64,000 bases of DNA, taken from Chara braunii. Its lineage: Eukaryota; Plantae; Charophyceae. Location of the stretch: contig BFEA01000019.1 in assembly GCA_003427395.1 (NCBI GenBank), positions 3,256,565-3,320,564 on the forward strand, in the 5' to 3' direction. How positions within the stretch are numbered: the first letter of the stretch is position 1; every line of letters begins with the position of its first letter. The notes below the pieces were generated by a model, which worked only from the letters and a program-made list of their open reading frames with translations, made no database searches and was not told where the DNA came from. The position numbers and the translations under genes are program-made. Below, in pieces: positions 1 to 11,588 of the stretch.

Positions 1-5
1 ACCGA

Positions 6-40
<35 letters not shown>

Positions 41-87
41 TCATATATATATATATTCTGCCCCGCTATCTCGCTCAAACTATCCCG

Positions 88-353
88 AAGGGCAAAACGC
101 AAAGATGACCTGGGCCACTAAGGGTAAAACGAAGATGCATAGGGCCTGTGAAAAGTTGCCAAGTACCGGGACATTTTGCAAAAAAAAGACAGTACCCGAT
201 ACGGGTATTTTGCAAAAATGACAGGTCCAAACGGACGCAAGGGGCATTTCACACAACAATTTTTGTGTAACAGGGTTCTTCCGCTCTACCCATATCTTTC
301 AGGGGCATTGTGGCATGTGTCTCAACTTACAGGGGTATTTTGCGAATTATTCC
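88..353. mobile_element. Mutator (MULE)-like terminal inverted repeat end
   Basis: Ends in AGGGGTATTTTGCGAATTATTCC, with internal GGG(T/C)A(T/A)TTTG/CAAAA sub-repeats in the style of plant MULE TIRs. The partner end is not in the window. Confidence 0.45.
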
Positions 354-2150
354 TTTTTTTTTTTTTAACAAAACTCAATTTCAGTCCAAACACTCCAACA
401 AGAGGTCAGGGACCTCACAATTCAACCCAGAGTTATCCCGGCGGCATCAGCCGGTTTAGCTTAGTGGCCTTTGCCAGTTTCACTTCCTCAAATCATGTTC
501 CTACAATTGCACAAATACCTCTTGCTCTGCCTCGACTGATGTTTGTGTATTCCACCTGTATCCAAATTCTCAAACCACTTATCGAACTATCTGGCCTTAT
601 ACAACTAGCCTAGTTCTAACCCTATCCTAGCGAGCTATCTAGATACTCCTATCTAATACACAAGCCTAAAGTTGGCTTGGACAACCAGCCTCCCCGGTTG
701 GGCGGAGCTCCATCTCCTAGATAACTTGACAATCTCCACCCTCCACCCCTATTCTGGCCTACTATGACCTATGTCAGCTAAGAACAAGCAACCGAGTGCC
801 CTGGTTGCCCTGGTGCTTAGGCACTTCTACTTCCCCTAGTTCCCCAAAAGCCCTACTATAGCCTTCTCAACTTTTGAGCTACCTCCCTCTTGCCACCGCC
901 TTGAACGTAGTTAGCTCTTCAGCTAGGGGGAGAAGAAGAGGCCTCAGATCCGGTGTACACCTGCTAATTGGTTGTTCACTGTCCATGTCTCCAAAAACCA
1001 CCACAAGGAGCGGCGACATGCCTTTCCCTTCTTTGCTTTCCTCTGCCAATCAACCGCAGTTGCCTGCCTTAGGCCTTTCTTGATTGTTCCTTTGATCTCG
1101 TTGTCTGAGAATGGGCGCCTTTCGAAGCGAGAGCATTTGCGGTCTGCCCAGATCACTGAGCATATCACTGGCATGCCACCCTCTTAACCCTGTAGCCTCT
1201 CCCGCGACGAAGCCCATGAGAACCCACCTTTCATCGCACTCAATTTCAATGCCCCCCATTAGGTGGCAGTGTACTTCCCACCAGCGTTAGATGTGTTTGG
1301 ACACTAGGCATTCCCACCACAGGTGCCGTGTTGACTCAAACGACCATCATCTGCAGCGGGTACAGCCCAGACTTACCTCCTCTCCCCACCCACATAACCA
1401 AACTGTCGAAGGAGTGACTAACAACGAAAGCATCCACAAGATACCTGCCTATTTAACATTTGCAGGTCTAATACAACTTTCCACAGTACTATAGCTCCAA
1501 TCATGGCCACTAATAAAATAAGACTTGTTGAAGTTTTCCTCAGCGCCTTGCAGGTCTTCAACTAGCACTGCTCTCATCTTGAGATTGCTACAGAAGTAAA
1601 GTATTTCATGTGCCTGGTCACCTAGGTTTGAATTGAAAGAGCCAGATTACCCAATTAATTGGGGACAGGAGGCGAAACGACATCTCGTTACAACATAACC
1701 TTTAGGTAATACCGGTGAAGTCCACCAATAAAGGTGGATCTCTCCTCTATGGAAACTTAGAGGTAATAAACGAGCTCAAAACGGTGAAGGAATAAATTAC
1801 ACGGTCAAATTAACACCGTGGTAAAAACCTATTATGAAGTCAAACGTGCTTACTTTTTTTATATCAATATTGAATTAAGTAGTTTGGCAGATACTTTGCG
1901 GGTTGTATAAAAAGACCGCGTCAAAGATCGAAGAATATGTTCGTTAATGAATTTTGCTATGGTATTCATATGGTCATCTATGTGGTTCATAGATTTAGTA
2001 TATAACTTGTGATTGGTTACATACTTCACAGCTAATTCCCTCTCTAAACTCATGACCCAATTAAATATACCTGGCAATTCCCTACCTAGTTCATATGATT
2101 CCCTTGTCGTGTACATAGACAAGTTAAATGCTTGAGGGTGAGCTCTCGAG
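354..2150 (-). mobile_element. Decayed L1/Tx1-type LINE, 3' part (zf-RVT, ORF2 C-terminus, 3' UTR, poly(A))
   Basis: The minus strand encodes GCTRCR*WSFESTRHLWWEC (CCHC zf-RVT, ~1290-1370) and VIWADRKCSRFE (944-1174). The poly(T) run at 354-366 is the tail. The 5' limit is approximate. Confidence 0.75.
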
Positions 2151-3565
2151 GACCTCCCTTATGACCAACTCCATGTTGTCGGGTCAATGCATAAGCTACA
2201 AGGGGGGTCTGTCCCATCCACTGCGTCTGTAGTGTGTTCCCTCTCCCGTCCCTGTGATGCCCAACCTCATGCCCAGTGCGACTTCTTGTTTCAGAGAGGT
2301 GGTGGGTCTGGAAGTGTGAAAAAGGGGTGTGCCAAGGATTTTAGGAAAATAGGGGTGGAGTCCCAGGTCGGAACTAAGATCTCCTGCATCAAGTCCCAAG
2401 GATATGAATGCAAGCGAGTGGGCGAAGGACGAGGGTTCTGTTTTAGGCCTCGTGGAATGGGGCCGTCACCTCCATTGGTCCCGTCGTCTGGGGCGGAGTC
2501 GTATTTTGTGTACCATCGGGACGCGATGGTTGTCCCGCAGGTGCAACACCTGTTATCGGCGGGTTTCGCCGGTCTCAGAATCTGACGTGGTCGGTCTTAG
2601 CCGGAGGCTGTGCTCCCATTGTTCGGTGTCCCAGCTGGTTCGCCGGATGAATCCCGATGCTCGGTAAGCGTGGTCTCACAGACACTCGAAACATTGCGAC
2701 TATGGCCAATAGGGGGCAAGTGCACGCCAAAGGGCAACGGTTAGGCGATGAAAGGGCAATAGAAGGTGATAGGGAGGGAACTCTATTTCAAGGATGACAA
2801 TACCGGGTTCAACGACGATCTGACACGTGTACGAGCTGGGACAATCGGGGAAATGGGGAATGCGTTCTAAGGCCTGCCCGATATCCCACTCGCAGATACG
2901 CTTGGTTCCTGTTTGGTACGGAAACTCCGGAAGCTCTGTCCTCCGGCGTGCAGAGAAACATGCGCGTTCCCAATACTCTCGGAACTCGCGATCCCTCAGA
3001 CACTTGCAGTCAGTGATCCGGAAGGGAGTTTCAATGTTCATGTTGCGTGGTGGGGTGGAAGTCCATACATTCGTGGTGCGCGATAGGCAATCAGACCGGG
3101 GGTAGATCCTGTAGACACGCGTATACACGATGACCACCTTCGGTCGGGCGCATAGTACGTGTGTGCACAAAATCTTCCTTCGACAGGCTAGGAATTCTCA
3201 CAGTTTTTAACACACATACATCGACCCGTAGGCCAAGAGATGTCGTTGGTAAGCTCAATGTGACACAAACATCTAATCAACCAACATGCTTATCCATATT
3301 ACAGGGAGGAAAAGGCGAGGAAAAGATAAGCATTCATGCATCAAAACATCTAGTCATTCACATCATACCATTTATGGGATCTGACCAGGGAACATACATG
3401 GGTGATCGAGTTGGCAACTAATTAGAAGGAGGAAGGGGCAGGGGAGGGATAGATCAGACCATTCATCAACTCACAGAAGAGAAAAACCCAAGATAGCCAC
3501 GAATGAGAAGATGGTTTGCGCCAGACATCAAAATTGCTTAGAAGAGAAGAAAAACACTATTCCAA

Positions 3566-3567
<2 letters not shown>

Positions 3568-3647
<80 letters not shown>
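3568..3647. repeat. (CT)n microsatellite
   Basis: Direct inspection. Similar (AG/CT)n tracts lie at ~6863, 7931, 11502, 12776, 15958, 33168 and 34163. Confidence 0.95.
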
Positions 3648-3650
<3 letters not shown>

Positions 3651-3702
3651 ACCACCCCGATGCGGGCAGTCTGTCGCCTTGCACCTACTACTGATACAAA
3701 GT

Positions 3703-4338
3703 TGTCACCCCACTTAGTCTGAATATGCAAGCCAGGTTCGCCCGTGTGCCACAGTCCTTCGCAGCCACACGTCAACCCCGCATACCCAGCTCCAACCCGT
3801 CCGATCGCCCAACTCCCTACTCACCGTCTCGCTCCTGCCCGTTAGCCGATCCTCTTGATCACGCTAACTCCAAAGTTGATTAGAGAGTGAGTTAATTGCG
3901 CCTGCGGGATTTATAGCATGAGTATTCATGCGAGATAATTTGGATTGTGCCTGAGTGGGAGGAAAAGAAGAAGGGAGGAAGTGTCTACGACTGCATGGCC
4001 AGGCCGCGACGTGGGGGACGTAGCCACTCTCCACGCATCGATCCAGTCATGCAATGTTCAGGCCAATAAGATCGAGGAAGGTATGTGCGCACAGGGGCGC
4101 GACAAAGATATCAAGAAAGAGAAGATTATAGTTACATTGCGCTTGCCAAAATGAGAATTACAGTTACGCGCGGGATTAAGGCGTGGAGAAGCCAGAACAC
4201 AGACCCTGGCGCGGCAAAGCGCGCGTAAGCAAGAAGCATCGTGTAGTTGCAGGTAGAATTACGATGCACCCAAATTCCTAGCCTAATTAAAGTTCTCATT
4301 GCAAGAAAGAAATTCCGAGAACCCGTGTGGGCTTGACA
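3703..4338. mobile_element. Possible solo or partial LTR
   Basis: Bounded by TGTCA...TGACA. The right end GCTTGACA is the reverse complement of the TGTCAAGC terminus at 62300. No clean target-site duplication (TSD). Confidence 0.3.
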
Positions 4339-4815
4339 TCAGTTTAAAAATATTTAAAAAAGATTTATCCGTGAGACAATCGCGCCAAAATCTCCTAACC
4401 TCTCACCAGAATAAGAAAGAAGCTATGGCAACGGTGATTTTCTTGCTCGCTTAGGCATGATCGATTACCAACCGTCATGTGCAACCCGCGAAGTACAGCC
4501 GCGCCAAAAGTCGCGCATTTACGTAAAGCAGTTCGTCACATCCCGCACCTGGACTACCCGAATTTGAGGGAGACCATCCCAAGATTGAATTACTCGTTCC
4601 CCCACTTCTCTGAGCTCTCCATTGGTGGGCCATACCGACCACTCCTGAACTTTCCGAAACCCACTTTCTGTCAATCCCTGTACTTTCCATACCACGGGGG
4701 AAGGTCCATTGTTGTCGGTGGGACATACCGAATGTCCAGCGGGTCCACTCCTTTGGAACCGCCTGCTTGATCCTTGTCATATTGTTTACCAGGTAATTGA
4801 GTTGGCTGGGCTTAA

Positions 4816-5016
4816 ACCACCAGTACTTGGCCCAGCTATCGATGCCGAGCCTGGAATGCCCCTGCGCGCCAATTTTTGCCGAAGCGCCGGGGTACAGTTT
4901 CAATTTTTTTTTGGCTGGCGCTTCCAGCCATTGTGGTCCGGTACCTCGAAGCTCTAAAGGCACGGTGCGTTAACGGGGAAGCGCCGCGGCCGATAGCTGG
5001 GCCAAGTACTGGTGGT
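4816..5016. mobile_element. 201-bp MITE (family B) with perfect 26-bp TIR, flanked by TTAA
   Basis: TTAA|ACCACCAGTACTTGGCCCAGCTATCG ... CGATAGCTGGGCCAAGTACTGGTGGT|TTAA. Confidence 0.85.
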
Positions 5017-5037
5017 TTAAGGAATTAACGGGGAAGC

Positions 5038-5200
5038 ACCAGTACCTCCGCCAGTGTTGGGAAAATAGGAAAAAGTGGACGTTTTCGCGAACTCCTAAAA
5101 TGTCCGAGGCTGGGCCCGACGACGGCTGCCATTGATAAATCTGATTTCGTTTCCGCCTCCGGTCGGAGGCCCACCCGCGGCAAAGGTACGAGTGGAAAAT
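5038..5200. mobile_element. MITE family B-related copy
   Basis: CACCAGTACCTCCGCCAGTGTTGGGAAAATAGG... is the reverse-complement homologue of 28517-28715. Confidence 0.7.
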
Positions 5201-5866
5201 AAATCGAAATTAGAGGGGCACCAGACAAATTTCCCCTTTAAAAAAAGGATAATCTTGCTCGTTTTTTTAATTTATTTTTGCTTTTTCTTTGTCGTTTTTG
5301 TTTTTAGAAATGAAGACTCTCCTGCTACCGGTAGCTCTAGGTTCGGCCAGGTTTGGCATACCGGTAGCGGGGGGCGGAGACTTGATAGGGGTGACTTGAT
5401 AGCTGGGCCGTCAGTCTTCACAATTGCGTCGGCTAACGTCCGTGCATGCGGGAATCTGCTGGCTCGTCGCACCCGTTATAACCCTGCTATTTCTATTCTC
5501 AAGTTTGCGTGGGCGATTTGCTGGCGGTCTAACGCTGCATTCCTGGCGCACCTGCCGTTAGCCAATGTTGAATCTCGTTAGCCAATGTTGAATCTCGAAG
5601 CCTATATATAGCTGAGCGAGGCGCTCAGCTGCCTTTGGCTATTCCAGAAGGCCGTGCACATACTCTGTGGAGCTGGTTGGCGCCACCCCCTCGCACTTCC
5701 GTAAGGTCGTGCACCTGCTGGCGGTAGCGACTTTTTTTTTTTTTTTTTCCCCTCCTTCGGTAGCAAATTTTTGTTTAGCGGACGGTGTTGCTGATTTCCG
5801 AAAATCCGAAAAGAGGCCGTTTGCCCGCCCAAAAACCGATCTTTCCCGGAACAGGACTCTGTGCTG

Positions 5867-5970
5867 CCGTCTTCATCCGAATACAACGCCCGGTCATTAT
5901 ATCTGTATTTGGCACAACTTTCAGCCCAGATACGGTGATAATTACCTGGCGTTCTATTCGCGTGATACGC
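5867..5970. mobile_element. ~105-bp palindromic MITE (family A, Tc1/mariner-pogo-like)
   Basis: CCGTCTTCATCCGAATACAACGCCCGGTCATT...GGCGTTCTATTCG; a degenerate copy. Confidence 0.7.
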
Positions 5971-6859
5971 CATAGGCACTCTCCGAACTACAGTCGGACA
6001 GCGCGTGCTGGTCGCGGAGTACACGCCAGCAAAGCAATGCGAGGCAGATTTGGTGAGTTGGCTAAGGGAAAGCCAATGGGAGGGGAAACAAGTGGGAGGG
6101 AATTTTAGGGCATCACCAAACCACTCTCGAAATGTGCAAATTGTGAATGAACTTCCCTGCTAGAACATGGCCAGATGCACTCGCCACATTTTTGTTTCTT
6201 TTTCACATTTTGAGAGTGGTGTATGGAAAAGGCACGGAGAAGAAAGGAGCAGTGCGGCTCTGCTGTTTTGTCGGAGTCGTCTGAAGCCTGGCGTCTGTGG
6301 GTGTCAATAGTCCGGCGGTGCTGGCAGGGAACATTACGTCGCCAAGGCCGTAGACACACACACGCACTCTGTGGGCGCAATCTGGTCGTAGTTGCGGTTA
6401 GATTCGTCGTGTGTTGTTTGTGAGTATATGCACTAAGTGTTCAAAGTGTTGATTCGTCGACGTGCCCCATCAGCCAGGTTCGGTTCTTTATCGTCCGCCC
6501 GTTTGCAGACTGCAAAGATGATCAGGCATGCACGCAGTTCTCGGAACCATCACCCCCATTATTTTAGGGCATACCCATAGCATGGTGTTTCTCGATGCAT
6601 CTAACCGCAAAAAAGGCCAGATTCGGTTGACGATGTCCCACTGTGAGTACGTCCTTACTGATCTCTCTGCTCACGCTCCCCTCCCCTCCCCTCCCCNCCC
6701 CTCCCCTCCCCNCCCNCTCNCCATCGTCCCCATCATTCAGGTATGTGTTCTTCTCTTTTTGTCATTGTCAGCAAAGGAACTCCTTGCCCTCTTCTACTAT
6801 GCACGTCCTTCCTCCTTTCGCCTTAGAATCTTGTCTAGAATAAAGCTTGCAGGGTGCGC

Positions 6860-6889
<30 letters not shown>

Positions 6890-6896
<7 letters not shown>

Positions 6897-7110
6897 GTGG
6901 GTCGCGTTGTCAGAGAAGACACATTGCCGAGAGAGAGAGAGAGAGAAGGGGGGCGCGTTGTAAGAGAAGACATATTGCCTTCGTTTGGTTTGTAGAGCAG
7001 TGAGTCGCGTTGTTAGTGAAGACGGATTGGACAAATTGCCTTCTTTTGGTTCCCAGAGCAGTGGGTCGCGTTGTAAGAGGAGACGGACACATTGCCTTCT
7101 TTTTGTTTCT
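6890..7110. repeat. Imperfect ~58-bp minisatellite, about 4 units
   Basis: Recurring GCAGTGGGTCGCGTTGT..GAAGAC..ATTGCCTTC. Confidence 0.7.
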
Positions 7111-7462
7111 GTCTTTGAGAGGATTGGTCTTTTTCTTTTCTTGAGAGGGTGAGTGGGATGGGATGGGTTGTACCCTGAACGAACCTGCGTAAAGCTTTGG
7201 CGCTGCGAATTGTGCCCATACATTCTGGCGGCGTTACTGGGCGAGGAAACGCTTCGAAGGATTCTTGTCCTGTTTCATTTGGGGTTGGGGCAAGGAAAGG
7301 AAACGGTGAAGGTGTTCCTGTTTTGTCGAGCGGGGAGGCGGCATCGCGCGCGGCTAATTATTCTATCATTCGTATAAGTATGTACGTATGCCATTTTGTA
7401 GCTCCGTCTGTTTCATCGATGCATGCTTATATCGTGTTGACGTTCTCCCTTTCGCAGCTTTA

Positions 7463-7567
7463 CCGTCATCAGCCGAGTAGAACGGCCGGTCATTATAGAC
7501 GTATTTGGGGCAACTTTCAGTCCAGATGCAGCCGTAATGACCGGGCGTTCTATTCGGGTGAAAACGG
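7463..7567. mobile_element. MITE family A, full length, TA flanks
   Basis: TA|CCGTCATCAGCCGAGTAGAACGGCCGGTCATT...AATGACCGGGCGTTCTATTCGGGTGAAAACGG|TA. Confidence 0.85.
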
Positions 7568-7930
7568 TACGCCGCTTGCGCGCGAGGATGTCTTATGTGT
7601 TTGGGAAAGGAAGAAAGGAGGGAACGAGGCGCGCTGAGCGTCTTCGCTGTAGCTTCTATGTTTAGACCTCAATGGATGAAATGAATGCAAGGATGGGCAA
7701 CGGTCTCACTTCCTAGCCACGGTTGCTTCATGTGTTAGTGTGCGCGCGGTTGTATCTGCGTGGTTGTGAATGAGCTGCGGGGAGAAAGGGGGTGCTGGNN
7801 NNNNNNNNNNNNNNNNNNNNNNNNNNNNNNNNNNNNNNNNNNNNNNNNNNNNNNNNNNNNNNNNNNNNNNNNNNNNNNNNNNNNNNNNNNNNNNNNNNNN
7901 NNNNNNNNNNNNNNNNNNNNNNNNNNNNNN

Positions 7931-8000
<70 letters not shown>

Positions 8001-8588
8001 CCTCATCAGCAATGCAATTCTTGATTGTTGGTTATTATTTAGTAATGCCCGTGGTCTTTCTTTGTCATTCAGGAGCAACCCACGCTGTGGAACTTGCAAG
8101 AAATAGGAAAGGGAGGCGGCAACTCGTCAAATTTTGCCATGGCTGAGCGAGGAGTGGCTCTCGTTGTCTATAAGAGGTAGCGGCGGCGGCGGCGGCGGCG
8201 GCGGCGAAGATTGTGGCGGCTGTGTTGCGGCGGCGACGGGGACGATTGCAGCGGCTGCGGCGGGCTGCGGCGGCTGTGGCGGCGTGCAGCGGAAGCGGAA
8301 CACGGGGTTCGGGGTTGGATATAGATGAAATTGCATTGATTCAGAATATACGAAGAAGAAATGGAGCGGCGGGAGGTGGGTCATCGTCGAGAGAGACGGG
8401 TGAACGAGAGGACATTGTTGTTATAGCACGTGGAAGAAAAAGACGATCCCTGTTGCCCGTGGTCGCACTTTTCGCGACCGGTCGCTGCGTCCGTGTTATC
8501 GTAGTTTTGAAGATTTCGTCGGCGGCGTTAATTGATCTTCCTGAGAGCGTTAATTAGGCAAAAAAACGAAATCAGACGTGGCTGTGTA

Positions 8589-8630
<42 letters not shown>

Positions 8631-8766
8631 GGGGGGGTTGGGGGGGGAGGGAGCTAAGCTGGAGAAGGGACGTGAGCGGATCGCACGAGTTGTCGCGGCA
8701 CTCGTGATCGAGGGAAGGAGTTAAAGGAGGGAGAGGAGAAGGAGAGAGACCAAACAGTAGGAGAAG

Positions 8767-10815
8767 ATGGCGATGCGTAGCTTGCTTGGGGTGGTGGTGC
8801 GGCGCACTCCGGTTTATCGCGGTGGTGGTAGAAACACCGGCGGCTCCCAATGGGGCATGTTGAATGCCGGGCCACCATCTCCCGCTACGACGGTTCCTGT
8901 GCGTACGAGCTATTACGATCGGATCGCTTATGGCGGCGGCATGATGGATCCTGTTGGCGTCGATTTCTCCTCATCAGTCCCTTGCTGCCATTTCCACCTC
9001 TGCAACGGCAGCATGGGTCTACAACCTTCCTCCTGTCTTCCTATGGCCTCTTCCTCTGGGTATTGTTCTCCTGGTAGCAGTTTGAATCGCGGGGCGGTTT
9101 GTGGAATCTCTCGGGGAAGCGGGCTGGGAAGGGGACTGGTCCTGCCGGCGGCGCCTCAACTCGCCGCCTGTTCTCCGGACGGCCGCTACCGTCCTCATCC
9201 TCATCCCCACCATCAACTCTGGGCGAGAGAGAGGTGGTTCTCCACCTCCCTGGATGTAGGTGCGGCTTCGCACGGGAGTCTAGTTGCCGAGGAGAAGACG
9301 TACGCCCGAGATGTGCTCGAGTATAACGAGGTGCTGTTCAAACTGTCCCGATCCAAGCGGGCCTATCTGATGAGAGACGTTTACGAAGACATGTTGATGG
9401 ATGGCATTCGTCCCAATCGCGACACCTTTCATCTGCTGATCCCGGCTTGCATGAAGGCGCATCGTCTCCAGGACGTGATGTACTTCTTCAGCGAGATGAA
9501 GTCCAGCGGTCTGATCCCCGACCTCGTGCTCTTCAACTGCATCATCTCCACTTGCGGGCGGTGTTTCCAGGTCCGCCGAGCCTTCGAAGTTGCCGAGGAG
9601 ATGCAGGCCTTGGGCATTCAACCCAAGCTGAGGACGTTCGTGGCTCTGCTGAATGCCTGCGGCACCTCGGGGCGAGTGGAGGAGGCCTACGACGTCGTGA
9701 GGCAGATGGCTGGTCACGGCCTCACTCTCAACAAGTACTGCTACAGCGCTCTCATCACGGCGCACAAGAATCGGCGGCCAGTGACTCAGGACACGTTCGT
9801 GAAGATCTTTGAGCTTCTCGACGAGGCCAGGACGCAGAACAGGGCGAACTTGGAAGACGATCTTGCAGAGTCCGGTGTAGGAGAGGATTACGACGAGATG
9901 AGTGAGGAGATGACGTGGATGCAGGATGTGCCCGCCAAGAGAGGTTTGATTACACACAGGGCGGCGGTGTACAATGCCGCTCTGCGTGCTTTTGTCGATC
10001 TGCGTAATCATGAAGCTGCAATGAAAGTGGTGGACAGAATCAAGGAGGACGGGCTGAAGCCCGACGCGTACGTGTTCACGCATCTGATTCGCTCGTACTT
10101 GATGCAAGGGGACATGGACAAGGCTGTGGTGACGTTCGACAAGTACATGGCGACGGGAGGACACCCGTCGCTCGACATTTTCATCATTATGATCGAAGGA
10201 GCCATCCGACGATACAAGCCGGAGTCGATGGAGCTAGCAAAGAGACTGTTGAAGATGATGGAAGAGCACGGGTATTTCTTAAACCCCAAGTTTGGGGGGC
10301 AGCTGCTCTCTCTGGCGGCGAGAGAGCATGGCGGCGACTTCTCCACGGCCAACATGATATGGGATATGCTAGACAGGCAGAACCGGAAACCGCACTTCAA
10401 GGCGGCTTTTGCGTACCTGCAGGGATTGCAAAATCGCGGCACTAATGCCAACGATCAGCGGTTGCTCGCGGTGAAGTCTCTGGTGTCCCCTGATTTGATG
10501 AGGTTACAGAGACAAGTGGTGGTAAATGTAGGACGTGCTGGAAGCATGGGAGTGGAAGTGGGTGGTGGGCCGCAGCGGCCGGAGATGAGGTCCATGGCGG
10601 GAGCTTCTGCTGCTGCTGCTGCTGCTGAGTACTCGTCTTTAGCTGGGCGTAGCGAGCGTTTTGAATCCGCGGCCAATGTGAACAGTGACGACGAGTGTAC
10701 CCCAGATGAAAGCGATGATGACAGGGCTAATACTACTAAGAGTTTTACCCTATTTTCTTCCGGAGGGAATTCTCCTTTCGGCGATACACCCTCCCGGTTG
10801 GCGCGTTTCTTTTGA
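8767..10815 (+). CDS. P-class pentatricopeptide repeat protein, mitochondrial, At4g35850-like; single-exon CDS
   Basis: 682-aa open frame with tandem 35-aa PPR motifs (YEDMLMDGIRPNRDTFHLLIPAC, EMKSSGLIPDLVLFNCIISTCGR, EMQALGIQPKLRTFVALLNAC). The motifs YARDVLEYN..RAYLMRDVYEDM and GGDFSTANMIWD match the At4g35850 family as recalled. RWFST resembles a mitochondrial presequence cleavage motif. The true start codon is uncertain. Confidence 0.93.
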   Translation: MAMRSLLGVVVRRTPVYRGGGRNTGGSQWGMLNAGPPSPATTVPVRTSYYDRIAYGGGMMDPVGVDFSSSVPCCHFHLCNGSMGLQPSSCLPMASSSGYCSPGSSLNRGAVCGISRGSGLGRGLVLPAAPQLAACSPDGRYRPHPHPHHQLWARERWFSTSLDVGAASHGSLVAEEKTYARDVLEYNEVLFKLSRSKRAYLMRDVYEDMLMDGIRPNRDTFHLLIPACMKAHRLQDVMYFFSEMKSSGLIPDLVLFNCIISTCGRCFQVRRAFEVAEEMQALGIQPKLRTFVALLNACGTSGRVEEAYDVVRQMAGHGLTLNKYCYSALITAHKNRRPVTQDTFVKIFELLDEARTQNRANLEDDLAESGVGEDYDEMSEEMTWMQDVPAKRGLITHRAAVYNAALRAFVDLRNHEAAMKVVDRIKEDGLKPDAYVFTHLIRSYLMQGDMDKAVVTFDKYMATGGHPSLDIFIIMIEGAIRRYKPESMELAKRLLKMMEEHGYFLNPKFGGQLLSLAAREHGGDFSTANMIWDMLDRQNRKPHFKAAFAYLQGLQNRGTNANDQRLLAVKSLVSPDLMRLQRQVVVNVGRAGSMGVEVGGGPQRPEMRSMAGASAAAAAAEYSSLAGRSERFESAANVNSDDECTPDESDDDRANTTKSFTLFSSGGNSPFGDTPSRLARFF

Positions 10816-11498
10816 AGGGGGGGGGGGGGGATCATTTACGTGGCCACTGGTACATCAACACTCGCCACGTGTACGTATCGATCTGTGTGCGGATCGTGTC
10901 TATCATTTCCAGCGACCCCTTCGTCTCTTCCTCATGTCTGACATTCTCCCTGCTTCCCACTGTTTTTGCAGTATTGGTATCGGCCCGACTATTACCGTCG
11001 TTGACGGAACGTTCAGGGGGGAATGGCAACATGATGATCCTGGTGAGGGATCGGTGCTCATTAACAAGAGTCAATTCGACTCCTCCGTAGTGCTGCGCTG
11101 TAAAAGCGTGTGGGTGTTTAAGAGATCGTGTGCGTGCGCNNNNNNNNNNNNNNNNNNNNNNNNNNNNNNNNNNNNNNNNNNNNNNNNNNNNNNNNNNNNN
11201 NNNNNNNNNNNNNNNNNNNNNNNNNNNNNNNNNNNNNNNNNNNNNNNNNNNNNNNNNNNNNNNNNNNNNNNNNNNNNNNNNNNNNNNNNNNNNNNNNNNN
11301 NNNNNNNNNNNNNNNNNNNNNNNNNNNNNNNNNNNNNNNNNNNNNNNNNNNNNNNNNNNNNNNNNNNNNNNNNNNNNNNNNNNNNNNNNNNNNNNNNNNN
11401 NNNNNNNNNNNNNNNNNNNNNNNNNNNNNNNNNNNNNNNNNNNNNNNNNNNNNNNNNNNNNNNNNNNNNNNNNNNNNNNNNNNNNNNNNGAGTCTGTG

Positions 11499-11588
<90 letters not shown>

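Noticed and set aside
8067-8384. Divergent Pro/Ala-rich ORF upstream of the PPR gene
   Set aside because: Driven by (GGC)n, short, and with no identifiable homology or exon chain.
9280-10835. Long antisense or alternate-frame ORFs over the PPR gene
   Set aside because: Shadow ORFs caused by GC-rich codon bias; no recognisable domains.
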